Assembly: GCA_028534125.1 (NCBI GenBank)
Contig: CM052839.1
Span: 10,726,001-10,790,000, forward strand
Length of the DNA: 64,000 nucleotides
Reading direction: 5' to 3'
DNA from: Lama glama
Taxonomy: Eukaryota
The notes below the pieces were generated by a model. It did not search any database. It worked only from the letters and a program-made list of their open reading frames with translations, and was not told the DNA's origin. Of this stretch, positions 13,609 through 27,067 are shown piece by piece. The translations under genes were made by a program, and so were the position numbers. Position 1 is the first letter of the stretch, and the number at the start of each line of letters is the position of its first letter.

Positions 13609-16519
13609 GTAAGTCCATCCGCTCCGAGGCACCTTTGAAGGCCTTAAGATGATCCCTTTCCCTCCATTCTTGGCCAGACTCTCAGGCAAAGGCTCAGTTC
13701 ATATGCAGTTCGGAACGTAAATTAGTTAACAGGGTGCTGTAGGGTCCGTGAGGTTCTGTTCAATAAAGCAGAGTTCCGCTCGCTGACTGAATTACTTCTC
13801 AGGAGGCAGAATGCATTTCTGAGTCAGTTCCTTCGGGCTGGAGGAGACTCACACTTTGGAGATAATGTTGTATAACAGTTCCTGCATGCCTAGGAAAGAA
13901 AACGGCACAGAAGAAAGAAAGAGAAAACTGTTCTGCGGGCCCTGGTGGTACACCATTATTCTTGAGATGAAAAATAATGCCCCCCAAACCATTGGAGGAT
14001 ACGGCTCTGCTTCCCAAAGACATCGGGTCGTACTGTTCCTAAAACAGCATCCGCCAGCCCCGGGGAAGCCTCAGTCCTAAAGGTTCCCGGTTCTTTTCCA
14101 GGTCAGAGCCGTTTCAGATTCTTGCATCTGCTCATCTGAGTAGTGATGACCTGTGTCTTCCTGTTGCTTCTAGTCTCTTGGCCTTTCACTGTAGAAACCT
14201 CCAGAGGGCAATGTGGCAACCCCGGCCCTCTCTTCTCCTTGGTCAGGTACCACATCCTCATGTGATGGGTCCACAACTCTCCCATCCTGGACGAGAATCT
14301 GCAGAAACTACTTTTCAGAGGCACCCCTCGCCAAGATAGTTCTGAGCCATTATTGACTGGAGGGTGCTTTTTACACCAAGCAGAGGCCACACCTGTAGGG
14401 AAATGTCAGCGCCATCGGGGAGTGAGGCGTGACCCTCCACGGGGAGCACAGGTATTGGGGATTAATTACCCAGGACACGCCCTGTACAGGTGGGTCTCTG
14501 GGGAACCTCAGACTAGCCCTGAGGCCATGGCCCTGCATGTTTCATGGTCATAAGGAGCAGAAACCTACTCCAAGATCCAAGAGTGATGCTGCATAAAGGT
14601 TTACCTGGAGGTTGGAGCCTCTGAGCCCCACACCCAGGGCAGGTCTGAGAGCACATCCAAGCTGGCTCAGGACAGCCTTCCTGGGTCAGGTGCCCCCCAA
14701 ACACTCACTCAGTTACCAATGAGGGAACAGACCCACAGAGATTAGATCGATTTGCCCAAGAGCACACAGCCAGCCAGGGAAGGAGCTGGCATTGAATCTA
14801 GGTCTTCCAGTTCCTGGCCTGGACCCCCTTCCACCGCGGCACTCTGTCCTTCTGTCCATGCTTCCAGTGAAGAGAGCAGCCTGACAGAGTCAAGGCGGCA
14901 AGAGCCCTCAGCTCCAAGCCTGTAAACCCACAGCCCTGTGGCCCTCAGACCTGCACAGTGGCGAAGTTCCTGTGTACCCACCCTGACCTCCCATTTTTTG
15001 GGTATTAATTGAGAAAGACTTTTTAAAAAGTCACACACGCCCTCTCTTAGATCTCACTGCAGCAGGCTGAGGTGGGGGTGTCAGCCCCTGCGTCTTCCAA
15101 GTGAACAAACGGGAGTTAAGCAGATCAGATTCACGTTGTTGGTAGTAACAGAACCAAAGGAGACAAAGGCATCAGTGTCCCTCACAAGAAGCACAAGCCC
15201 CGCTCCCACCTGGCGGCGCCTCGTCACCTGTCCCACCTGAAAGTCAGACTCACAGCCACCCTTTAGGACACACTATTATCCCAGTTTAACAGAGGCTCGG
15301 AGAAGTGGCCAGCCAGCAGACGACAGCATGAGTGGTCGAGGAGGCGGAAACATGTAAACGGCGTTAGTGGAATACGGAGCAGGTGGGAGCAGACAGTGAA
15401 GGGGAGAGTCAGTGAGGGAGGAGGACGGGAAGTTAGTTTTGAGACCAGTGTGGATCCGTGGAAAAGGTCTGTAACAGCAGCTTGTCCTACGCCCTCTACG
15501 TCTGTTAGCTAGTCATTTAATCCTCACCACCAGGAAAAACACTGATCATTTCCAATTCAGAAATGACAAAACTGTGCCACAGACACAGGAAGTCCTTCGA
15601 GCACGTTTGCGTAACTGGGAAGCAGAAGCCCCAAAGCCCAGAACTAGAGCGATCAGCTCTACCGTGCAGGGAATTCGGGGCCCGGGGCTTCCTGAGGAAG
15701 GAGGGTCCCATTCCAGCCTGTTTTAATGGCAGCAGTGCAGTGAGGGGAGATACTGGAGTGGGGGCTGAGCCTCTGGTTCCACTGGCCTGTTTCTTTCCCG
15801 ACTCAGGCAGCCTGCGTGGCAACCCCTGGGCTCTGTGTCACAGCCCCTCCCCTCTGCAGCCTGCCAGCTGTCAGCCCCCTGCCCAGATGTGGGAAAGTGC
15901 ATCCCTGCTGGAGGGTCCACCTCCCTCCAACCACACAGACCCTTGCCCTCCTCCTCCAGAGCCGAGTTCCAAGCTCCTGGCTTGGCTGCAACCTCCCCCC
16001 CCCCGCCCCAGCCCACTTGTCTAAAGGCCTGACGGGAGAGCTTAAGGGGAGATTGAATGCCCTCTAGGCGACGGGCGCTGCTGGAGAAGGAACGTGCTGT
16101 CTTCCTCCGTCCAGCTTGATCCAAGGCTCAGTGATCCGAACTTTCTCTGCACTTCACTCACTGCCCAGGACGTGGACATCAGGGCAGACTGTAATGGTGC
16201 TTGAGTAGCAGAAATCATTAACCGTCCGCATGTCAGTGCGCTCACAGCTCTCTCAGATGCTGCAAAGTTTGCCCTTGACGTGCTCACATCCACTCAGCCC
16301 TTACCTGTCAGTCAGCCTCAGTGTTTGGCTGTAATGGGGCTTGTAAATGTCAGCTGATTGCACAGCTCACTGTAAAGCCCTGTCCCCAAAGTCAGCACTC
16401 CTGGCTGTGCTCCCTCCACCCCCCGCACTCAAGCAGGGCGGATCCCCATGAGACCTGAGGAGGACAGGGGGGCTGAGATACAGGTGTGGGTGGGGCCAAA
16501 GGGACCTAATGACATTTCT

Positions 16520-18400
16520 TTCTTTTTTTAAAAAAATAAACTCTTACTGCAGTATAGCATCCAAGTAGAAAAGACACACATCATAAGCATACAGTTTGGT
16601 TAAGGGTCACAAAGTCATGGCAGCTGTGGAACCACAGCTCAGATGGAGAAACAGAACGCTGCCAGCATCCCTGAAACGCCTCCTTTTTCTGTTTTTCATT
16701 CATCCTTTTCTTCTCCTCCCAGAAGTAAATACTGTCCAGACTTCTAACACCATCAGTTATTTTGGCCCATTTTGGGACTTTATATAAATGGAATCATACA
16801 GTGAATATTGTTTTGTATCTTTGTTCACTATTATGTTTGTAGCTATATGTACAATCATGTAGTTGGTAAAAAAAAATTAATCAAAGTAACCATTTCTTTC
16901 TTTCTAAACCCTAAATCTTCCAGTTTTCTTTTTCTTACTGTGCTGGCTACAGCTGCCCCCACGATGAAGAGAAATGGTGACAGTGGCATTGTGTTGCATT
17001 CCTAATTTCAGAGGGAGAGCTTTTAATATAATAGTTGGCCCTTAAGTATGAAGCTTATTGTAGGTTTTTGTGGATGCTCTTTACCAGATTAAAAAAATTT
17101 CTTTCTGTTTATAGTTTACTAGGAGTTTTTATCGTGAACATATGTTGAAACTTAACAAATGACTTTTCTGTATCTGTTGAAATAATTATATCTATTTTCC
17201 CCTTTTTTTTCTGGAAATGTGATCAATGACTGATTATTTTTGAATGTTAGCTCAACCTTGCATTTCTGTAATCAACCCAACTTAGTTGTTACATGTTGAA
17301 TTTATTTTATTTTCTGGATTCCATTCACTATTTTTTCTATACAGTTTTTCGTCTATGTTAATAAGATTGTCCTATAATGTTTTCTTTCTTCTGCTATTCT
17401 AAGGTTATGAAGTCCTCATAAAATACACTGGGAAGTGTTTCCTCTTTTTCTACTCCCTGGAAGATTTTTTAAAACACTGTATTGTGCCTTCCTTAAATGT
17501 CAGAAGAATTTAGTGATAAAGCCATCTGGAGTTTTCTCTGTGAAAGATTTTAAATTATGAATCCAGTTTCTTTAGTACATACCAGACGATTCATATTTCC
17601 TATTTCTTCAGGCATCAGTTGTGGAAAGATGTTGGTGTCATCAGTTTCTGATTTATTGGCGTAAAGTTGTTTACAGTGGCCCGTTGTTACCTTCTAAGTG
17701 TCTGCTCTAGCGGACGTCATGCTCTCTTGTCTATTCTGGCTAGTGACTGTGTGCACCTTTTCTTTTTCTCTTCTTCCAGCCCTACTAGGGAGCTGTTGGT
17801 AGTGCTGGTCTTTTCAAAAGAAACTGAAAAAGAAGAAAATTACACCACTGTCATGTTTTTTACTTCATTGGTTGTCTCTATTTGATATGTTTTTATGTTA
17901 CTAAGATTTGCTCTTTTCTTCTTTTAAAAATTAAAAACATTTTTTGTACAATTTACTTTTACTCATTTATTTTGGGGGAGGTAATTAGCTATTGGGTTTA
18001 TTTATTTATTTACTTATTTATTTTTAATAGAGGGGCTGGGAATAGAACCCAGGACCTCATGCATGCTGAGCACATGCTCTACCACTGAGCTGTACCCTCC
18101 CCCCTGCTCTTTTATTTATACTCTCTTTCTTCCTGCCTGCTCTGGGGTTAGGATTAGTTCATATTTTTCTAACTTCTTGACATGGCTACTTAGATCATTA
18201 ATTGGCAGCCTTTCATCTCTTCTAAAATGCATATTTTAAGGCTATAAATTTATCTCTAATTATACCATTAGCTGCAGTATGCAAGCTTTTATATGTTACA
18301 TTTTTTAACATATTTCTTAATTTTCCCTATGATTCCTTCCTTAACCAATGGGGTATTTTGGAGCATTCTGCTTTATTTCCAAAATTTAGAGATACTCACC
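16520..18400 (-). mobile_element. Old L1M fragments hosting the SINE at 17918
   Basis: T-rich L1-like sequence (tatataaatggaatcatacag; gtgataaagccatctgga); boundaries approximate. Confidence 0.6.
17918..18104 (-). mobile_element. tRNA-derived SINE of camelid type
   Basis: Minus strand GGGGAGGGTACAGCTCAGTGGTAGAGC (A box)...GGTCCTGGGTTCTATTCCC (B box), AT-rich tail; 9-bp TSD tgctctttt (17909-17917, 18105-18113). Confidence 0.85.
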
Positions 18401-19449
18401 ATGACCTGGAAGAAACAAACCTGTACAAAGAAAACTAATTTTAGAAACTTATAATTCTTCTAAAATAGAGTTTTGTATATCAAGGGCACACCAGAGGGAA
18501 TGTTGTTTGATGGGAAAGGGGTGTCATGGATGAATTCAGCAAGGACTTACCAGTTGAGCTGGATACTGAGATGTGAGCATAGCAAGCAAAGCAAAGGCAT
18601 GGAGGCGCAGGCTACTCAGGGCTAGAAAACAATCCGAACTTGTGAGACCAAAATCTGGCTCTTACAAGAAGTGTTGGGAGGAGTGATGAGGAAGCAGACT
18701 GGTAGCTATTATGACAAGAGCTTTATACCATGCGATGAGTCTGAGTGTTATCCCATCGCTAATGGGAAACAATGGAAGGACCCCTTTCCTGTAAGACAAG
18801 GGGGAGAGCAATGAGGGCAAACAAGGCGTCGACGAGTTTGACCTTATAGGACCTGAAGTCATTGAGAGGCTCCAGTCTCAGTGGTTTCCATTTCTCCATG
18901 AAAAAGAGGGCTTGGACGTTGGCTAAGAGCAGCAGAGAGAGGTGACAGAAATTTGAAAAGAACAGTAAATATTTGAAACGGTCCCTGAGGAATACAGGGA
19001 GGAGAACTTACTAGAGAGGAATGGATGGATTGCTGACCTGCAAAGTTAGCCATATCATTCCAGCCCGTTGTCACCACTCTGATTTTACAGGAGCAGTCAG
19101 CACCCAGATTCATTTTCAGAGTGGGGCTTATAGGATTGGGAAGCCACCTCACCCCTCACAGTGGTGATTTGGAAATTCCAGGCTCTCTGTGTGGCTTCAA
19201 AACAGTGTGGTTTTAAACTAGTGCCACTTACTCTAAACATTGGCATGCTTCGTTCTGAATCCCAATCTTCACATTATGCAAAATGAATGTAGTAAAAATT
19301 AGTTTGTAGGGTCATCACAGTGATTAAATGAGCTTTGTCTGGCAAAACATCTATAGTTCAGTACCTGTCACGCACCTGGCTTCAATAAATTGTGGCTGTT
19401 GTAAATTGTTATTTATGTTAATTTTTGTTGCTGTTTATTTTTCTTAAAG

Positions 19450-19611
19450 GGTATGCTCTTCTCCTCAGTGGAATGTATAAAATCCACACAGGACCTAGTC
19501 AAGCTCTATCTGCACGAATCAAATCGCGTTTATCGGGACAAGATGGTAGAAGAAAAGGACTTTGATCTTTTTGATAAGATCCAGGCAGAAGTGGTCAAGA
19601 AGATGTTTAAT
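19450..19611 (+). CDS. DNAH9: DNAH9 exon (6th)
   Basis: ttcttaaag|GGT ... AAT|gtgagt; 162 nt; GMLFSSVECIK...LYLHESNRVYRDKMVEEKD. Confidence 0.94.
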
Positions 19612-19799
19612 GTGAGTACTGCAAGTGAATTCATGTTGACATCTGAAAAATAATGACATTTATACAGATGATCACCCAGATGATCAAAATCCAGCCCATA
19701 AATTGAAGAAAATCAGGATTAGATTAGGAAAGAAAATCTACTCAATATTTTGCCAAAGTGGAAAATGCCAGGGCAAGAAGAGACAAATTAATCACAGGA

Positions 19800-21550
19800 T
19801 CTTGCTGTTGAGGTCTGTGGGGATCATCTGATCCAAATCCTTATCCTTACTGACTCCTCCCTGTAGCAGGGCCCAGGCTGGTCATCCTCTTGACGCACTG
19901 GCATCCTTGGAGATGCACAATCCTGTCTTTCCAAAGGCAGCCACTTTGGAACTGCCAATGAAATTTGGAACAACTTTGAAATGTGAAACCTTTGGAACAT
20001 TTCTGAAGACTGGAGATTTATTTAAATCATGACCTAAAATTTACTTCCCTGTCCAGTAATCCTAGGTCTCCATGACAAACCCCCAAGCATTTTAAGACCA
20101 TTTATCTTGTCCTTCCTGGGTCTTCTCTTTTCCAGGCCAGAGAACCTCTGGGGCTTTGTTTCTTTGTTTGTTTGTTTGTTTTGTTTTGCTTTAGCTATTT
20201 CTGACAAGGCTTTATTCCAACCCCCAGAGAAATTTGACATCATCTTGACTGCTCTCCCATCAGTTCTCCCCTCAGAAATCATGGTGCCCGACTTTGATCA
20301 CACAACTTGAGTAGGTCTGACCAAAATCAACATCATCCTTCCCCTCTTCTTATGTACTGTAATTTTGTTACTGTGTTTCCCCAAATGTGTCCTGCCAAAC
20401 AGCTATGTTATAATACACTCCTTGGAAAGAAGGTATCCATGATGAAATAAAATGAGAAAGTACTTCACATTATAACCCTTTCTTGGAAATTCCCAGTACA
20501 TTCAGCACACTAAAGCCCTGAAAATCTTGAATCAGTCTGATTCAGATATCATTTCCCCAACCTGTTGGACCCAATTCTTTTCCCTTTATACAACCTACTA
20601 GTAATTTGAAGAATCGATGGTTCATAGAATACGCCGTGGGAAGCAGTGACCATGAACACAGCCTAAGATCACAACACACTTCTTAGTGTCAGAATTACCC
20701 CACAACTAACACTGAGCCTTCTGTTGAACAAAGCCCCATTCTATTTTCCATTCTATTGCTTGTCTGTCTTCTCTTGAACTTTGAAATAATCAGATCTTTT
20801 TTTGAATTGGAGTAGAGTTGATTTACAGTGTTGTGTTAATTTCTGGTGTACAGTTTCAGTTATACATATGTATATATATGTATATTCCTTTTCATATTCT
20901 TTTTCATTTTAGGATATTGCACAAAGTGTTGGATATAGTTCCCTGTGCTCGAAATAATCAAATCTTTGTATTTAAATATACCAGGTTGTCCCTGTGCTCA
21001 TCTTGCTAGGTTCAGCTCCATATTTTTTTTCCTGGTAAGAGTCTGGGTCTACCTCTGAAGATACTTCCAGTCCATCCCGACCTATAGGACAACCTTTTGA
21101 ATGTTTGGATAGCATTTTAAGGAACCTCTCAGTCTGCTGTTTACTGGTCCAATCACCCTAAATTCCTAAATTCCTATCATCTTTATACGGCCTGATGTCC
21201 AGCCCTCTCACATCTCAGCTGCCCCTCCCTGACCATCGCAGAATTTGCCAGTTTGTGTGATTATTGTTAGCTCTGTACGTGAGCCTTAACCGTCCTCTTA
21301 AGTTGGTCTGAGCTAGCGCTTTAGAGGAACAACAGTCACCTTTGAAGCAGAAGTCCCCCGTGTAGGTCTGTATACTAAGAACGTGGCCCTCTGATCATCG
21401 ACTAACCCAGATGTAATTAATACGGCCTTTATCCTCTCCCAACAACACTTGAAATGCCAACCTGAAGCGCCCTGGCTACACCAAATCTGGCATTGAAGAA
21501 AAGCTGCCGAATTTCCACCATGGAGGCACTATAGTCCTGCTTCTACTATC
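19800..21550 (-). mobile_element. Probable CR1/L3 relic, interrupted by younger insertions
   Basis: atcatctgatcca, caaaggcagcca and cacagcctaagatc motifs resemble L3; very decayed. Confidence 0.35.
20800..20950 (-). mobile_element. 5'-truncated L1 3' end
   Basis: L1 3'-end motif tagagttgatttacagtgttgtgttaatttctggtgtacag; 17-bp TSD gaaataatca(g/a)atcttt (20783-20799, 20951-20967). Confidence 0.8.
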
Positions 21551-23145
21551 CAGAGCTTAAAGTTCTCTTAACTTGTGGCTCTTATGTAATACAACCTCAC
21601 TATCAAGAAATCTTTGATTCACCGTGTGGGTTGGTTTTCTCTCTCTCTCCTGCACATCTGGCTTGTTTTTTCATCAGAGTCTTTGTGGACCAGGGTTTTC
21701 CGAACTGCCCTTTAGTTCTTTTCCTGCCAGGTCGTTGGTGTGAATTGACTGCCATCAGGACTGCTCCCCAGTATATTAGCCCATTTTCAAATTGGGTAAA
21801 TGTATCCCCACATCACTTCCCCATGTGTTTTCGTCCACTAGCAAGAATGACTCTCCTGCCTTGCATTAAATCTTATCCAAATGTCCAAATGGACATTTAT
21901 TGTTACTTTCTAGCAAAGCAAGCATCATTAAAAGGTTTCCTATGGCCCTGAAACCACCTTCAGAATGTAATAACTCTTCGCTATTTAACTCTTTCCACTT
22001 CTTTCTTCTTATAACCGAGCAGCAGCCCTGGCTTCTTAGAGATGTGACTGTCACCCCCACTTTCCCTCCCTCTGTTAGGTTTGATGCCTCTTGTCCTGTG
22101 GGCTCACAGGGCTAACCCTACAGTGATTTATGCCCCAGGTAATGCCTCTGCTGTTGAACAGCGTGCTGATTACCTCCTTGCCAGGTGGATTCTCCAGTCT
22201 GACCCTTAGGAGAAAAAAAGGGCAAGTGCGGACAGTTAAGCTGATATAAATCCCTGCTTATGCGTTAGAAAACCTTTTCTTTCTTGGACTTGCTTCCTCT
22301 ACAACCTTTCTACCTCTTGAAGTCTCAGGTATTTGGGTTTTGATGAGCAAATAGTTCCTTTCCAAATTAAAAAAGAGTTAGCTGCCTCTTGGATACTTGA
22401 AGGATGGGTTGGTAGTGAGGAGACATAGACTCCGACTCTTTCAAGTCAGTTGAGCTGTGCTGGGTGTGTATTAAACAAGGTGAGGTTTGCCTGTGGGCAA
22501 GAGTGAACACACAATAAGCCCAAATCGTTATAAATGTTTTATAAATAAGGGGCCCTGTTGTAAATGTTTTGATATTATCATTGTCCCCTTAAACTAATCA
22601 GTCACTTAAGGATGGCTCACGGCTCATTTTTCAGAAGCCAAGCTCTGGGTTGAGTGTGTGAAGTCAGGGCTGGCAATCTCACAGAAAACAGGAAAGGATG
22701 TCTTATGACACTGCTGTGGATTGGGGAGCAGGACCTGTTGGAATGGATGTGAGGATGGGGAGGTGAGGTCTTTGGGCCACGGACTGGTGAAACCCAACAC
22801 TGGTGAACGAGCCCCAGCTCACGGAAATTCACCCATGTGTCCCCACCCACTGCTTTGCGCAGACAGGGCTCTTGCCGTATATGTGGGAAGGGAACCTCCC
22901 ACTTCCCATTTCCCATCGTCAGCCCACAAGGAATGACCAACAACATCTGTGACTTCATGGAGCTGCTAAATGAAAGTTAAGCATCCATTTTTAAGAGCTT
23001 CGCAGGAAAAAGGAGGTATTGGAAGCAGTACTGATAATTTTTAGAGCGTGTTTGGAAAGAAACACAAATGAGATGTGTCTACTCTGTGTGGAGCCAGAAT
23101 TGAGAGTCGGTAAGGAGGGTCCTTGCCCCTGTGTCTCATCACCAG

Positions 23146-23342
23146 GATATGGACGAGACCGTGGAGTGGACCCGAAGCCTGAACATGTATTGCCACTTTG
23201 CAAATGGTGTTGGTGAGCCCAAGTACATGCCTGTGCAGTCGTGGGAGCTTTTGACCCAGACTCTGGCGGAGGCCCTGGAGAACCACAATGAAGTCAACAC
23301 GGTGATGGACCTGGTTCTCTTCGAGGACGCCGTGCGCCACGT
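23146..23342 (+). CDS. DNAH9: DNAH9 exon (7th)
   Basis: caccag|GAT ... CACGT|gtaagt; 197 nt, ends phase 2; YCHFANGVGEPKYMPV...MDLVLFEDAVRH. Confidence 0.95.
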
Positions 23343-23899
23343 GTAAGTGTGCATCTCTCCCTGCCTTTCCTCGGCTGTCTCCTCTCCCCACTATGGGGGT
23401 CTCATTTGGGTGTTGGAGGCCACTTTGATACAACCAGGGAAGCAGCCACTGCCTCCTCCCTGAAGGTAAAGAGGGCTGGTAGAGCAGCGGCTGCAGCTTC
23501 TGCCACTGGCCTCGGGGCAGCATAGGCAGAGCTCAGGGGAAATGGGTTTATTCCTCATGTGCCCTGCACCGTGCTGGGCATCATCACGTGACACCAGGGG
23601 AAAATGTGAGATCATAAATGAGGCATCAGAACAGCTTGGGGCCCACCTTCCCGACCCAGACTCATGCAAGGGCCAGCTTAGACTGAATAGTTAGACTGAA
23701 GGTTTGAAGTGCACACGTATTTCAGAAGCCAAGTATCCTTTCAAATGTTGCTGTCGAGGGAATCGCGGAGAGCTGTCCCCAAGCCTCCCAGATAGCGAGC
23801 ACTCACCACAGCTTTCCCGACACTGCTCTCCGCATGCTGCAGCCTGAGTCCCAGCTCCCCACCTCCCTGCCTGCTCAGCTGTCTCCACTCTGTCCCCTG

Positions 23900-25200
23900 G
23901 GATGCATGGCCTCCAACGGCAAAATCCACTTTATCATCAACTTCTCTGAACCCCCTTCCCTGATGGATTCTAACTAAAACCTGACTGACCCCAGCGTTGA
24001 GGAAAGCGGTCTTTTCTTCCCCGTCCCGTGTCCCCCAGGGCCTAGAGAAAGGTATGTACCCGCCTTCTCCCCACCTCACCCCAGTGGTGTATTTAAACCG
24101 TTTCTCCTTTTTTATCGTTTACGAACCCCAGTCCTTTCATACTCATCACCTCTCCTCATTACCGCCGTCTACTGACGTCCTGTTTCTCCCCGTCGTTTTC
24201 CAGCGACCTTAGTGCTTGGTCCCCTTCTCTCCTCGAACAGACCTTTCTTCACCCCTGGCATCTGTGCATCACCTGGTCTCTCTGCTCCCCGGAGTCCTTA
24301 GCTCCAGCAGTCTCCTCTTCCGTCTCACCTCAGCCACTCACTCACCCGTTCCTACCCCAGAACTTCTGTCATTGTAATGAGCCCACCTCCAAAATCTCAA
24401 TTTCAAACGTCCCTCTCTCTGACTCGTCCCTCCTCCCCCTCCACTCACCTGCTCTAGTTTCCAGCTGTTCTTACTTCCCAGTTTTACTGAGGTATAATTG
24501 ACACGTAGCACTGTGTCCGTTTAAGGTGTACAACATGATGATTCGATAGAAGTGTGTATTGCAAAATCATTACCACCGTAAGGGTAGTTAACAGCCATCA
24601 CCTCCAGGGACAGTTATTTTCCTCGTCATGAGAACCTTGAAGGTCTGCTCCCTTGGAAGCCCTCAAAGACACAGTACAGGATCGTTAGCTGCAGTCATCG
24701 TGTTGCATGTGACTTCCTCAGAACCTGTTCTTCTTATAACTTGAAGTTTGTAATTTGTACTTTTTGACCCCCGCACCTGATTCCTTCACCCTCCACGCCC
24801 CATCTCTGGCAACCACAAATCTGAGCTCTGTCTCTGTGTGTTTGCTTTTATTAGATTCCACATATAAGAGATAATACAATATTTATCTTTCTCTGTCTGA
24901 CTTATGTCACTTAGCATAATGAGCTCAAAGTCCATCCATTTTGTGGCAAATAAATATATTCCAGCTATTTTTAAAACTTCATCAGGATTTCATTTCATGG
25001 AACCACCTACTTTCTCAAACTTCTTTGTCTCTCTTTCCACCATGTCTTCACCTTCCTGAACCGCCGTAGACTCCATCACCCCAGTACCAGCTCCCCTGAC
25101 TCTCTTGTCATTGCATCCAGGTGACAAAACCCTGCTGTAGCTAAACCTCCCCTCCCTGGGGCTCCTCTAGCAGCCAGAGAGCAGAAGCAGCCTCTCTTAG
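23900..25200 (+). mobile_element. L2 internal fragment interrupted by L1
   Basis: L2-like cacctcagccactcac...tctctgac motifs on both sides of the L1; approximate. Confidence 0.5.
24473..24958 (-). mobile_element. 5'-truncated L1 inserted into an L2
   Basis: L1 3'UTR motif gaggtataattgaca...tttaaggtgtacaacatgatg; degenerate 14-bp TSD ttccagct(g/a)tt(c/t)tt. Confidence 0.75.
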
Positions 25201-26036
25201 ACCAGAACACAGAACACCCAGCAGCCCCGTGAGAAACAGGTGTCACCCCACACAGTGCCCGGGGGGGCAGAGGGCTGGGGTTCACACCTCTGACCCCCGG
25301 GGGCAGCTTGTAGGGCAGCACAGAGGCTGGGTCTGCCGCACTTCCCCCAGGAACCACGGGGCTGGCGCAGGGCCGGGTAAGAGCCTGTGTGTGTTGAACA
25401 GTAAGGCTTGTTCATCCTCTGCCTGTCGTTCTCACCACCTGAGTTCTTAACGTTTTCTTTTGTTTGATTCCCCTACAACTTTCTCTTGCCGCTTCTTATA
25501 CGCTGACCCTGGTAACGGAGCGCTGTGGAGTGGTCACAGGCATAGGTTCTGGAGACAGAGCCAGGCCCAAGTTCAGGTCCTGCTTCTGCCACTACCTGGC
25601 TGTTGTGCTTTGTGAAGGACACTTAACCTCCCCAGGCCTCAGCCTCCTGCTCTGAACGGTGTGGATAGTAAGAATGCCTGCACCATAGGGCTGTCGCACA
25701 TGCTAGGAGCTTTGCCCTTAATAAGCAGTCTGTAAGTTAGTCCCTGTCATCGCACCATTGTCCACTCTCCCTGAGAGCACCATTTGCTCTCATACCAACT
25801 TCCTTCATCATTTCAGCAGCTTCTCATTCTGCTTTTTGTGAAAGCTTTCCTCTAAATCTTTTCCCCTGCTTTTGGCATCATCTTCATCTGTCTTTTTCCT
25901 TTTTATTTTTTCCCTCACTCCCACGTATATTTTTTTGCCTCCTCTTTTCTCTCCTAGAATCACTTCACATTTATTAACAAAAAAAGGAAGTTCAAATGTA
26001 CTTCTCTTGTGTCCCTTCTTTCGTATATGTTATCTG

Positions 26037-26039
<3 letters not shown>

Positions 26040-26068
<29 letters not shown>
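26040..26068. repeat. (TG)14 microsatellite
   Basis: Direct read of sequence. Confidence 0.95.
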
Positions 26069-26070
<2 letters not shown>

Positions 26071-26945
26071 CTGGTCTGCAGTATGCCGCCGCCTCCAGCT
26101 GTGCTGTGGCACATCTTCAGCTTTTGTTTTTAATCTCCCAGAAGCTCAGTAATGTGCTTAACTTAGAGTGCCTTGGTTTCCTGGCCCAGGAATCCTTTAG
26201 AATATTGATCTTCTTTTTAAATTTTGTAATTTAAATGCAGAGTCCTTTGCCCTCATCAAGGGTTGTTAATGAATCCCCAGCTGGAGCCCAGTGCTGACAG
26301 TTGCAGACTTAACCATCCTTCTTTGGAAAATTCAACACTAACAGTGCATCTCCCATTTAGAGACTGAATAGCGTGGACCTTGCTAAGCCAGGTTCAGGCT
26401 TTCCGGAGTAAAGCAGGGTGTTGGGCGGCCCACAGAACCTAGCTGGGCTTCTCCTCCCCCATGCCTGCCTCTCTCCTCCATTCACTCTTTCCTTTCCCCT
26501 CTATTTTTGAATCAGAAGAGAGGGCCTGGATATCTCAGCACCACAGTTTCTCCTTTTGTCATTGTAGCCAGGCACCATCTAGTGTAGACAGTGTAGATGA
26601 TTCCTTGCACCTGCCTCACCCCGGATATGATGCTGAGTGTAAGGATTGGGTGCTCTATTTAAATTTAACAAAAATTTCTTAAATGCCTTCAGTGCACTAG
26701 CACTATAGAGAAAACAAGATGAGTATACACGCTCTTCAGATGTCTAGAATCTGCGGTGTAATAAGGCCGCAAGAGAAGGGTAAACCTGCCTGATCCAAGA
26801 CAGAGTATCACAGGTAAATAATTATAAATGAAAAGGTAAAATCATAAGAAGAATTAAAAGTAGGTCAGTAAATAACTCCTGAATATTTAGGGGAATAAAA
26901 TTCAGCTACGTAAACTGAGTGACTCAGAAGCACCACAAAGTGGCT

Positions 26946-27067
26946 TTATCACTGCGTTATGTGTCCCCAGCACACTGGCTCCACGTTATCACTGCGTTAT
27001 GTGTCCCCAGCACACTGGCTCCACGTTATCACTGCGTTATGTGTCCCCAGCACACTGGCTTCATGTT
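26946..27067. repeat. 40-bp tandem repeat, 3 copies
   Basis: Unit ttatcactgcgttatgtgtccccagcacactggctccacg at 26946, 26986, 27026; third copy has 2 C>T differences. Confidence 0.95.

Noticed and set aside
18025-18104. tRNA gene
   Set aside because: A/B boxes belong to a SINE head with tail and TSD.
26946-27067. CRISPR-like array
   Set aside because: Head-to-tail repeats without spacers in mammalian DNA.
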